From: a bacterium
GTDB taxonomy: Bacteria; Krumholzibacteriota; Krumholzibacteriia; LZORAL124-64-63
Assembly: GCA_018829565.1 (NCBI GenBank)
Contig: JAHJTW010000183.1
Coordinates: 9,996-73,995 of the forward strand
Length of the DNA stretch: 64,000 nucleotides
Direction of reading: 5' to 3'
The notes under the pieces were generated by a model that had not been told where the DNA came from, did no database searches, and saw only the letters and a program-made list of their open reading frames with translations. The translations under genes and the position numbers were made by a program. The stretch's first letter is position 1, and every line of letters starts with the position of its first letter. Shown piece after piece: positions 20,252 to 29,464 of this stretch.

Positions 20252-21041
20252 GCCGCAACGACTCGAGATTGCGGCGCGCCGCAGCTGCCCAGTTGGAGTC
20301 CCCGTCGAGCCGGAGGTAGGCTTCCCAGGCGGCGATGGCCCCCTGGCGGTCGCCGGCTTCCTGGCGGCTGCGGGCGTAGCCGAACGCGGCCCTCTTGTCC
20401 GCCGGATCCCGTTCCAGGACCAGGCCGAACTGGCGGGCCGCTTCCTCGAATCGGGCGGTCTGGAACAGGGCGTTGCCCCGGGCGAAGGCGAAGTCGGTCG
20501 CCTGGGGCCGGGCCTTCACCAGGACGTCCAGGTGTTCGAGGGCCTTTTCGGCCATACCGCGCTTCAGGAGCACCAGGGCCAGGTTGTAGCGGGCGGCGTG
20601 CAGGTCGGGCGCGGTCTCCAGGGCGAGTTCGAACTGGGCTTCCGCCTCGCCCAGACGTTCGGACGCCAGCAGATCGACCCCCTGGTTGTAGGGACCGAGG
20701 GCGGAGGAGCGCTGCCTGGCGGATTCCCACTCCTCCTTGTCGAACCGCAACCTCAGGACCGACCCGGGCGCGGGATCGGCGCCCGATCCCAGGCCGTTGT
20801 CCTCGGCGATCCTCTCGGCGCGGCCGGGGTCGCCGTAGTAGTTGTCGGCCACGGTGGCCAGGGTCTCCCCCGGTTGCACCGCATGCTCGATGATGTTGCC
20901 CTGGGGGAAGGTCCGCGGCGGAGGCTGCGGCAATGCCGGCCCCGGGCCCGTCACCGTGCCGGTGGAGGTCACCCGCTTGGAACAGCCTCCTGCGGCCAGG
21001 AGCAAGGCGACCAGGAGCAGCCCCCCCAGGACCAGGCCCAT
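20241..21041 (-). CDS. LysM- and TPR-domain lipoprotein
   Basis: Signal/lipobox LLAAGGCSK. LysM segment HAVQPGETLATVADNYYGD. TPR repeats. Confidence 0.65.
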   Translation of the reverse strand: MGLVLGGLLLVALLLAAGGCSKRVTSTGTVTGPGPALPQPPPRTFPQGNIIEHAVQPGETLATVADNYYGDPGRAERIAEDNGLGSGADPAPGSVLRLRFDKEEWESARQRSSALGPYNQGVDLLASERLGEAEAQFELALETAPDLHAARYNLALVLLKRGMAEKALEHLDVLVKARPQATDFAFARGNALFQTARFEEAARQFGLVLERDPADKRAAFGYARSRQEAGDRQGAIAAWEAYLRLDGDSNWAAAARRNLESLRHAP

Positions 21042-21087
21042 CCGGACCGGCCCGGGGAAACGGGTCCAACCGGCCGGGAATCGGGAA

Positions 21088-22164
21088 TCAGTCTGCCGAA
21101 CCGCCACGGATCCCTCCTTGGTCGCCGGATTCCCCGGCATCGTCCTCTCCGACCGCGACCCCCATGAGGCGCGGATCGCCCAGGGCGCCCGCTTCGGTCA
21201 GGATGGCCATCATGGTGGAACTGTCGGGAGCGGCGTAGAGTTCCTTGCGCAGGGCCGCGGCCCCCGGATATCCCCGGAAGGTGCGGGCGATGTGCTTGCG
21301 CACCACCAGGCAGCCCTGGTTCTCCCCGCGCTGGGCCACCTCCCCCCGGATGTGGTCGCAGGTCACCTCGCACATCTCGGCGAAGGGGATGGACGGGGCC
21401 TCCCTGTCCTCATCCACGGCCGTCATCTCGGCGAAGATCCAGGGATTGCCGATGGCGCCGCGTCCGATCATCACGCCGTGGCAGCGGGTGTGCTCGACCA
21501 TGGCCCGGTACGAGGCCCCGTCGACCACGTCCCCGTTGCCGATCACCGGGATGTCCAGGGTCTCGACCAGGTCGGCGATGCGGTCCCAGTCGGCCTGTCC
21601 GGAAAATTTCTGGGAGCGGGTTCGCCCGTGCATGGTGACCCAGCCCATCCCCAGCTCCTGCAGCAGAAGGCCCACCTCGCGGTAGTTGACCGAGTCCTCG
21701 TCCCACCCCGTGCGGATCTTGGCGGTCACCGGGACGGCGCTGGATTCGACCACGGCCTTGACGATGCGCTCGAGCAGGGGCACGTCGGCCAGCAGGGCGC
21801 TGCCCCCGCACTTCTTGACGACCTTCTTGGCGGGGCAGCCGAAGTTGATGTCCAGGACGTCCATCCGCCTGTCGCCGAGCAGGCGGGCGGCGCCGGCCAT
21901 GTGCCCGGGGTCGTTGCCGAAGATCTGGACGCCGACCAGGGCGTCCTCGCCCTCGGTGTCCACCAGCTTCCAGGTCGCCTCGCCGCCGTAGGTCAGGCCG
22001 CTGGCCGAGGCGAACTCGCAGAACCCCATGTCGGCGCCGAAACGCCGGCAGATGTCCCGGAAGGGGCGGTCGGTGACCCCGGCCATGGGAGACAGCAGGC
22101 GGTGCACGCCTGAGAACCAGGTCAGGCGCGGATCGAGGCGGACGGGTTTGCGGTCCAGCGGCAA
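21088..22164 (-). CDS. dusB: tRNA-dihydrouridine synthase
   Basis: LSPMAGVTDRPFR N-terminal motif and FMN TIM-barrel pattern. Proposed TTG start at 22164 preceded by GGGAG. The upstream part of the long ORF track entry was rejected. Confidence 0.7.
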   Translation of the reverse strand: MPLDRKPVRLDPRLTWFSGVHRLLSPMAGVTDRPFRDICRRFGADMGFCEFASASGLTYGGEATWKLVDTEGEDALVGVQIFGNDPGHMAGAARLLGDRRMDVLDINFGCPAKKVVKKCGGSALLADVPLLERIVKAVVESSAVPVTAKIRTGWDEDSVNYREVGLLLQELGMGWVTMHGRTRSQKFSGQADWDRIADLVETLDIPVIGNGDVVDGASYRAMVEHTRCHGVMIGRGAIGNPWIFAEMTAVDEDREAPSIPFAEMCEVTCDHIRGEVAQRGENQGCLVVRKHIARTFRGYPGAAALRKELYAAPDSSTMMAILTEAGALGDPRLMGVAVGEDDAGESGDQGGIRGGSAD

Positions 22165-22347
22165 AGGAAACTCCCGGAGATGGTCCAGCGGAAAGCGGGC
22201 GGCGACACGGAATACGGACAAGAGTAATCCAGAGGGGGGCCGCTGGCAATCCCGCCCCCGCCCCCCCTCGCCTGGATACTGGCCCTGCAGGCCTTCGCGC
22301 CCTACAATGGGGCGGTCACGCGACCCGACCGAGCGAAAGGACGCCCC

Positions 22348-23466
22348 TTGGCCGCCAAGCCCTACCACCTGTGCTTCGTCAACTCCATGCGCAGCTTCGG
22401 CGGCGCCGAGGTGTGGTTCCTGTCCGCGGCCCGGACCCTCCACGCACTGGGCCTGAAGGTCTCCCTCATCGCCCAGCCCGACGCCGTCTGGCTGGACCGC
22501 GCCCGGGCGATCGGGATCACCGTGAAAACCCTGTCCATCCGCGTGGACGGCGCCCCCTGGACCGCCGTGCGCCTGGCCACCATGTTCTCGCACCACGGGG
22601 TGACGGCGGTCATTGCCAACACCACCAAGGACCTGAAGAACGCCGCCCTGGCCGGGCGCCTGGCCCGGCTGCCGGTGATCCTGGGCACCCGCGAGAGCGA
22701 CTTCCCCCTGAAGGACAACTGGAACTACCGCCTGTTCTTCCGGCACCTGGCGACCGGGGTGCTGGTCAACAGCGAGGCCACCCGCCGGACCACCCTCGGC
22801 AGCGCGCCCTGGCTGGATCCCCACCGGGTCCACCTGCTCTACAAGGGGATCGACCCGGAGCGGTTCCATCCGGCCGCAGCGCCGCCCCCGAGGGTGACCG
22901 TGGGGTTCGTGGGCCAGTTCATCGAGCGCAAGGGCGTGCCCGAGCTGATGCAGGCCTGGTCGCGTTTCGAGACCGCCCCCTGGACCGGCGAAGGCCCGCC
23001 CCCCGTGCTGAGGATGGCGGGCGAGGGCGTTCTCGGCGAAGACCTGGCCCGCTGGCGTCAGGGACTTCGCCATCCCGACCGCGTGGAGATCATGGGGTTC
23101 GTGGAAGACATCCCGGCCTTCTACCGGGAATGCTCGCTGCTCGTGATGCCCTCCCACGCCGAGGGCTTCGGCCTGGCGGCCGCGGAGGCGGCGGTGTGCG
23201 GACTTCCTGTGATCGCCGGCCGCGCCAGCAGCCTGCCCGAGATCGTCCAGGACGGGGTGACCGGGCGGCTGGTGGATCCCGGGGACGTGGACGGCCTGCT
23301 GGCGGCCATCGAGGAACTAACCGGATCGCCCGCCCTGCGCGCCACCTGGGGCCGGGCGGGACGCCGGCGGGTCCTCGACAACTTCACCCATGACCGGTGC
23401 ATGGCCCGGCTGATCCAGCTGACCGGTGGACCGGTGCCCGCAACCCTGGAAGGAGCCCTCGCATGA
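22348..23466 (+). CDS. Glycosyltransferase family 4 (GT-B, RfaG-like)
   Basis: C-terminal EGFGLAAAEAAVCGLPVIA…DP motif region. TTG start preceded by GAAAGGA. Confidence 0.75.
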   Translation: MAAKPYHLCFVNSMRSFGGAEVWFLSAARTLHALGLKVSLIAQPDAVWLDRARAIGITVKTLSIRVDGAPWTAVRLATMFSHHGVTAVIANTTKDLKNAALAGRLARLPVILGTRESDFPLKDNWNYRLFFRHLATGVLVNSEATRRTTLGSAPWLDPHRVHLLYKGIDPERFHPAAAPPPRVTVGFVGQFIERKGVPELMQAWSRFETAPWTGEGPPPVLRMAGEGVLGEDLARWRQGLRHPDRVEIMGFVEDIPAFYRECSLLVMPSHAEGFGLAAAEAAVCGLPVIAGRASSLPEIVQDGVTGRLVDPGDVDGLLAAIEELTGSPALRATWGRAGRRRVLDNFTHDRCMARLIQLTGGPVPATLEGALA

Positions 23467-24266
23467 GCGTGTTGCGTGTCGCGGCGATCCAGACCTCGCC
23501 CGTGTTCGGAGACGTTTCCGGGAACCTGGAGCGGGCCCTGGCCCTGATTCCCGCGGGATGCGACCTGGCGGTGCTGCCGGAGCTGTTCGCCACCGGTTAC
23601 CAGTTCCGCGACACCGCCGAGGCCATGTCGCTGGCGGAGGAGACGGCTCCCGGCCGGACCGGTGGGCCCATCATCGCGGCCCTGACCCGCTTCGCCGCCG
23701 AATCCGGCTGCACCCTTGCGGCCGGCCTCGCCGAGCGGGCCGGCGACAGGGTCTTCAACAGCGCGGTCCTGGTGCGGCCCGACGGTTCGCGCGGCCTCTA
23801 CCGCAAGGTGCACCTGTTCGCCGACGAGAAGCTGGTCTTCACCCCCGGCGATCTCGGCTTCCCGGTGTTCAAGGCCTGCGGCACCACGGTCGGCCTGATG
23901 ATCTGCTTCGACTGGATCTTCCCCGAGGCGGCGCGCAGCCTGGCCCTCGCCGGAGCCAGCATCCTCCTGCACCCCTCGAACCTGCTGCTGCCCTGGTGTC
24001 CCGAGGCCATGATCACCCGATGCCAGGAGAACCGGGTCTTCGCCGTCACGAGCAACCGAATCGGCAGCGAGAACCGCACCGGGACCCGGCTGGACTTCAT
24101 CGGGATGAGCGAGGTGGTCTCGCCCCTGGGCAGGCTGCTCGTGCGTCTGGGCAAAGAGGAGGAAGGCGCTGCGGTGACGGACATCGACCTGGCGGAGATC
24201 AAGCAGCAGGTCACTCCGCGCAATCACATCTTCGGCGACCGCCGACCCGATCAGTATCGGCTGTGA
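23463..24266 (+). CDS. Carbon-nitrogen hydrolase (nitrilase superfamily)
   Basis: LRVAAIQ…LPELF, EKLVFTPGD and MICFD (E-K-C triad context). The ATG overlaps the upstream stop (ATGA). Confidence 0.8.
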   Translation: MSVLRVAAIQTSPVFGDVSGNLERALALIPAGCDLAVLPELFATGYQFRDTAEAMSLAEETAPGRTGGPIIAALTRFAAESGCTLAAGLAERAGDRVFNSAVLVRPDGSRGLYRKVHLFADEKLVFTPGDLGFPVFKACGTTVGLMICFDWIFPEAARSLALAGASILLHPSNLLLPWCPEAMITRCQENRVFAVTSNRIGSENRTGTRLDFIGMSEVVSPLGRLLVRLGKEEEGAAVTDIDLAEIKQQVTPRNHIFGDRRPDQYRL

Positions 24267-24293
24267 CGGCGGGGGCCGTCGGACCATGAATCG

Positions 24294-24370
24294 CCCCAGG
24301 AATTGAAGTAAGATGAACCAGGCGGGTTCGCACGAACCCGCCTGATGTCTTATTGATCAAAATGAATTGC
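24294..24370. repeat. Direct repeat DR-left (about 77 bp) containing the perfect hairpin CAGGCGGGTTCG-CACG-AACCCGCCTG
   Basis: About 88% identical to 25729..25804. Flanks the low-GC cassette. Confidence 0.7.
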
Positions 24371-24436
24371 ATGCCGGTAACAAACAAACTCTTCCCGGAG
24401 ACCTCGCTGAACCGGTCAAGATTTCGAAGCCTGCCG

Positions 24437-25614
24437 TCACCTCCACAGCGCCTTCAGGTCTCCCCAGGAAGTCGTCTCGGTGTCCACCGGACCACCGTAG
24501 AAGGGCGTGTACAGGACCTCGGCCAGGATTGCTGGATCATCGTGAATGTCGTGAATCCAACTCGCAATCAAGGCCGCATCACCCGTTCCCCAGTAGTTGC
24601 CCAGGAAGTCGTGCTGCATATTGCCGTAATCCACCAATTGAACACAGTCGATTGAATATGCACTCGACCCCTTGATCAAATCACAATAGCGGACATAGGC
24701 GGGGGCGGTATTGACAAATTTCATCACCCCAGTAGTGCCACCTGTGAAAATTGTCTGGGTCGCGGCAAGAACTCCTTCGGCATCTACCCAGACGGCCATC
24801 TTCCCTCCGGAAATTTCACTGTCTCTGATTTCACAACGGGGAGCAACGGCCGTCATAGTTAGACCATAGAATTCGCAATCATGAATCCGGGTATCTCGTA
24901 TTAAACACCCCGCCCCGGCAGAAATTTGAACTCCAATGCGCGCATTAAAAATCTCACAATTATTGATGGCGATGTCATCCACTCCGCTCAATAAAACAGC
25001 ATAGCCATGGGGGGCGTCTGAAAAAATGCAATTATCAACCAATGCCCCCCCCCCTGTCCCATACATGTTAAGTAAAGCATGAGAGCTCACATATGAAGTG
25101 TAGAAGGTGGAATTTTTTACCCAACCTCCGGAGCCAACATTAATCCACCACAGACCTTCCACATTATCGACAAACCTGCAATTGTTGACAAAAATTGGTC
25201 CATCAAAGGCCAAAAACCCGTGGAAACTGTTTCTCAGGGTTGCGTTTTCTATTCGGCAGGAAACGCCTCCATCCCATCCCAACGCAATCGGAGAATAGTG
25301 GACATAATCAATATTCTGATTGGCCTGCCCAATGATTGTCACCTCAGGGCCTGCCCCGATGATCGTCAATTCAGATACGGTCACATGTCCTGCAACTTCT
25401 ACATCCCAGGCATATCCAGGGTACTTCACTGGGAACATCTCGGTGTATTCCCCTGGACCAACCAGGATCGTATCCCCAGACGCTGCTGCATCAAGGGCGT
25501 GTTGCAAAATGCTGAACTCCCCGCTTCCATCGCGAGCCAAGGTGATCGTGCGGCCTTGGGCACCGGAGCAAAGGGAAAGCAGAAGGGCAATCGAGATGAT
25601 AAATCTCAGGGCCA
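24437..25614 (-). CDS. Secreted right-handed parallel beta-helix (pectin-lyase-fold) protein
   Basis: Signal peptide MALRFIISIALLLSLCSGAQG. Repeated beta-helix NxxI/V motifs (NNCRFVDN, VDNCIFS, INNCEIFN). Lower GC than surroundings. Confidence 0.65.
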
Positions 25615-25640
25615 TTGGGTCATCCTTTCTCGATCTCATG

Positions 25641-25668
25641 ATTATAACAATACCACCTTGTTTTTGAA
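25641..25668 (-). promoter_or_regulatory. Canonical sigma70-type promoter (TTCAAA-16-TATAAT) with RBS GAGAAAGGA, driving the beta-helix gene
   Basis: Read directly on the minus strand: TTCAAAaacaaggtggtattgtTATAAT…GAGAAAGGAtgacccaATG. Confidence 0.55.
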
Positions 25669-25728
25669 AGCCCTTTCTCCCAACCGTCCGGAGGTAGATG
25701 CCGTTGTCCAGGCACGAGGTGGGGCCTG

Positions 25729-25804
25729 CCCCAGGATTGGAAGTATGATGAATCAGGCGGGTTCGCACGAACCCGCCTGATGTCTGATCGATCAAAAAGT
25801 ATTG
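25729..25804. repeat. Direct repeat DR-right (copy of 24294..24370) with the same hairpin; also sits where the glgC terminator would be
   Basis: ccccaggattggaagtatgatgaatcaggcgggttcgcacgaacccgcctgatgtctgatcgatcaaaaagtattgc. Confidence 0.7.
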
Positions 25805-25827
25805 CGCGCTGGTTGCAGAAAAATGCG

Positions 25828-27084
25828 CTAGAGATGGACGCCGGGATCGCTGAGATCCATGTTCTTGGGCACGACCACCACGCCGCCCGGCGAGATGGTG
25901 AACAGGGCCGCATCCTGCACCGGGTCGAACCCGATCTCCATCCCCTCGGGCACCACCACGTTCTTGTCGATGATGGCGCGGCGGACGCGGGCGTACCGCC
26001 CGACCGTCACGTTGTCCCCGAGGATGCTGTCGGTGACCCTGCAGTAGGAATTGAGGCGCACGCTGCGGCCGATGACCGAGCGCTCGACGCGGCCGCCGGA
26101 GATGATCGTGCCTCCGCCCACGATGGAGTCCTCGACGATGCCGGGCAGGGTCCCGTCCTGCGTGAACCCGTGCACGGACTTGAAGGGAGGCACCGGAGGC
26201 TGCCAGGCCCGGAACACCCAGTCCTTGTCGTAGAGGTCGAGCTGGGGCGTGCGGCTGACCAGGTCCATGGTCGCCTCGTAGTAGCTGTCCAGGGTCCCGA
26301 TGTCGCGCCAGTACCGCGGTTCGTGGGTCTGGGAGCTGCGGAAGGGATAGGCGTAGACCAGACCCTGCTCCACCAGCCGGGGGATGATGTCCTTGCCGAA
26401 GTCGTGCCGGCTGTCGGTCTGCTTGGCGTCGAAGCTGAGTTCCCGCACCAGGTCGGCCGTGTCGAAGATGTAGACCCCCATGTTGACCAGGCAGCGGTCC
26501 GGATCGCCGGGGATGGTCTTGGGGTTCGCCGGCTTCTCCTCGAAGCCCACCACCTTCCAGTTCTCGTCGACCTCCAGGATGCCGAACTGGTCGGCCCCCT
26601 CCTTCGGGACGACGGCCGCGGCCAGGCTCATGCAGCCTTGATGATCGGCGTGGAACCCCAGCAGCTTGCCGTAGTCCATGCGGTAGATGTGGTCCCCGGA
26701 GAGGATCAGCACGTGATCGGGCTTGCGGTTCTGCAGCAGGTAGATGTTCTGGTACACGGCGTCGGCGGTGCCTCCGTACCAGCGCTGGCCCACCCGGTGC
26801 TGCGGGGGAATGCGGTAGAGGAACTCGCCCGCCTCGTAGCTGAAGATGTTCCAGCCGCGCTGCAGGTGCTGGTCCAGGGAGAACGACTTGTACTGGGTCA
26901 GCACGTAGATCTGCCGCAGGCCGCTGTGGATGCAGTTGCTCAGGGTGAAGTCGATGATCCGGTAGGCGCCGCCGAAGGGAACGGCCGGCTTGGAGCGGTC
27001 ACGGGTCAGCGGATACAGGCGTTCGCCCTGGCCGCCGGCGAGGATGAGGGTCAGGGTGCCGCGCACCAGCTTGCGAATGCTCAA
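25828..27084 (-). CDS. glgC: Glucose-1-phosphate adenylyltransferase
   Basis: LAGGQGERLYPLT and PAVPFGG motifs. Length 418 aa. Confidence 0.9.
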   Translation of the reverse strand: MSIRKLVRGTLTLILAGGQGERLYPLTRDRSKPAVPFGGAYRIIDFTLSNCIHSGLRQIYVLTQYKSFSLDQHLQRGWNIFSYEAGEFLYRIPPQHRVGQRWYGGTADAVYQNIYLLQNRKPDHVLILSGDHIYRMDYGKLLGFHADHQGCMSLAAAVVPKEGADQFGILEVDENWKVVGFEEKPANPKTIPGDPDRCLVNMGVYIFDTADLVRELSFDAKQTDSRHDFGKDIIPRLVEQGLVYAYPFRSSQTHEPRYWRDIGTLDSYYEATMDLVSRTPQLDLYDKDWVFRAWQPPVPPFKSVHGFTQDGTLPGIVEDSIVGGGTIISGGRVERSVIGRSVRLNSYCRVTDSILGDNVTVGRYARVRRAIIDKNVVVPEGMEIGFDPVQDAALFTISPGGVVVVPKNMDLSDPGVHL

Positions 27085-27138
27085 GGGTGGACTCCCGCAT
27101 AGGGCCGGCGGTCAGCCGCACCGCATCGGAACGAAGGT

Positions 27139-27510
27139 TCAGTTCTGGGCGGTCGCCTTGTTCTCGAGAACACCCTTGACGGTTTCCACCAGTTCACTGA
27201 CATCCGACGATTTGGTCACGTACGCGTCCGCGGCCCAGGTCAAGTAGTTGTCCCGGTAGCTGGAAAAAGCCGTGTTCAGGATGACGGGGATGCGCTTGTC
27301 GCGCTCCAGGATACGCTGCATGGCCTCGATGCCGTCCATTCCCGCCATCCTGATGTCCAGGATAACAAGATCGGGCTTCATGGTCTCCACAAATTCGAGC
27401 CCCTGGACCGCGTTGCTCGCGGTCATGGTCTCGAACCCGGCGCGCCGCAATTCCGTTTCGTACAGCAGCCTCAGGTGGGGTTCGTCGTCGACGATCAGGA
27501 TCTTGCTCAC
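27139..27510 (-). CDS. Single-domain response regulator (CheY-like receiver)
   Basis: Receiver motifs ILIVDDE…DLVILDIRMAGMDG…NTAFSS (probable conserved Thr/Lys region). GTG start preceded by AGGAGG. Confidence 0.75.
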   Translation of the reverse strand: MSKILIVDDEPHLRLLYETELRRAGFETMTASNAVQGLEFVETMKPDLVILDIRMAGMDGIEAMQRILERDKRIPVILNTAFSSYRDNYLTWAADAYVTKSSDVSELVETVKGVLENKATAQN

Positions 27511-27620
27511 AACCGGCCTCCTGCTGGGTTCGCGGCCCCGGAGGACCGCGCCATCAGAGCAATCTGAAGACAAGTTACCAAATCAGCCACGGCCTTGCCA
27601 GTGCGAATCCGGCGACCCGT

Positions 27621-29416
27621 TCATTCCTTGGGCAGGGGCAGGATGAACGAGAATCCAGCCCCCTTCCGGGAACGGTTCCGCGCGCCGGCCACCCCTCCGT
27701 GGGACTTGATGATCTGGGAGCAGATGGTCAGTCCCAGACCGGAACCGGTCGGTTTCGTGGTGAAAAACGGCGAAAACAGCTTGTCAGCGACTTCTTTTGC
27801 AAAACCCGGGCCAGTATCGCAGACCTCCACCTTGACCCCCCCGTCCAGCAGCCTGGTGCGCACCTCCAGCCGGCCACCGTCGGCCATCACCTGGATCGCG
27901 TTCATCAGGAAGTTCTGCAGGACCTGCTGGATCTCGCCCGGATTGCAGGAAACCAGCACCCCGGGGGCCTGGCAATCGAGTTCCAGCTCGATGTGCTTCT
28001 TCTCCAGTTCCTCGCGGAACCGCGCGGCGGTGTCGGCGGCCAGCTGGTCGATGGCCACGTCCTTCCGGAGCAGCTTCTGGGGCCGGATGAAGTCGAGCAG
28101 GTCGTGGATGATGGTCTCCATCCGCCCGACCTCCTCGGTGATGATGGCCGCGTACTGGTGGTTGGGGTCATCGTCGTCGAGGTTGCGGACCAGGGCGCGG
28201 GCGAACCCGCCGATGGCGACCAGGGGGTTGCGCAGTTCGTGGGCGACGATGGCCGAGGTCTCGCCCATCACGCTCAGCCGCTCCATGCGCAACAGGGTCT
28301 CCTGATCCTCCTTCTGCTTCTCGTGGGCCTTGCGCAGGGCGATCAGCCTCTTTTCCAGCTCGGTGTAGAGGCGGCTGTTCTCGATGGCGCTCGCGCTCTG
28401 GTTGGCGAAGAGCTGCAGGAACTCCAGGTCCAGGTCGGTGATCGTGTTCCCGCTGATGGCGTTGTCGGCGATGATGGCGCCGAGCATGCCGCTGCGCGTG
28501 ATCAGCGGCGCCACCGCGAACTCCCCGTAGCCCAGCCAGCTCTGGATGGTGGCCACGCCCGGGAGGATCATCCCCGGGGTGATTCGCCGGGCCTGCCTCT
28601 CCTGCATGGAACGCACCAGGACGTTGGACTCCTGGTCCAGCGGGATGACCATGTGGCGCACGATCTCGTTCACCGCCACGTCGGTCTGCTTGATCGACTG
28701 GTCGTAGCTGGTCATCATCGAGAACAGGTCGCCGCCCTGGTAGGCCAGGTCGTGCCAGATGCGGGCGGCCTCGTCGGCGTTGCTGGGCCCGATGGCCAGT
28801 TCGCCCTTGAGCAGGCCCGACTTCTCGTCCACCAGCAGCAGGAAGGCCCGGTTGAACCGCAGACCCTGGCCGGCGGTGATGCAGATCAGGACGGCCTCGA
28901 GCACCTGGTCGAGGGTCAGGTTGGCGCCATAGAGGGCCTCGCTGACCTGGTTGAGCAGGGACAGCTTGGCGAGCCGGGCGGCTCGCAGTTCGTCGTCGTG
29001 GTCCCGCTGACGAGTGTCGGAGATGTACAGGAGGCAGTGGTTCGGCTCCCGGTCCGCCGGATCCCCCGTCCCGGGGATCCCGGCGCCCTCCCGCCCCAGA
29101 TCGGGGGCGAAGAACTTGCGGCAGACCACCTCGACCGGCAGCAGGGCGCCCTCGGAAGTCTGGATCTCCAGCTGCATGTATTCGGGATTGCAGACGCCGT
29201 GATCGCGGCAGTCGGTGACGTCCAGGGCGGGCACGAAGAGGGCGCCGACGGGGTTGCCGACCAGCCTGCCCCAGGGCAGCTTGACCAGCTCGCAGACCCC
29301 GCGGCTGGCGGCCAGGATGCGGCCGTCCGGCTGGACCAGGATCAGGGGCAGGGCGCTGTGGAAGAAGCCCTCCGCAACGATCTCCATACGCCGCTGCAGA
29401 TTCCGTTCGTCGGACA
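27621..29416 (-). CDS. Sensor histidine kinase with PAS and GAF domains (HisKA + HATPase_c)
   Basis: H-box HELRNPL and G2 box GSGLGLTICSQII. GTG start at 29416 preceded by GAAAGGAA, 48 nt after the glgA stop. Confidence 0.8.
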
Positions 29417-29464
29417 CGGTCCCGGTTCCTTTCGCGAAGGGTGCGCCCCCGGGAGGGACCCGGG

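Noticed and set aside
21088-23157. Treating the 689-aa ORF as one gene
   Set aside because: Only the C-terminal about 355 aa are Dus-like (LSPMAGVTD…). The N-terminal extension runs antisense through the GT4 gene and has no SD or start support, so dusB is called from 22164.
24294-25804. Direct repeats as att sites of an integrative element
   Set aside because: There is no integrase, recombinase or tRNA in or near the cassette. The repeats look like a duplicated terminator hairpin. I kept it as a finding, but not as a classic mobile element.
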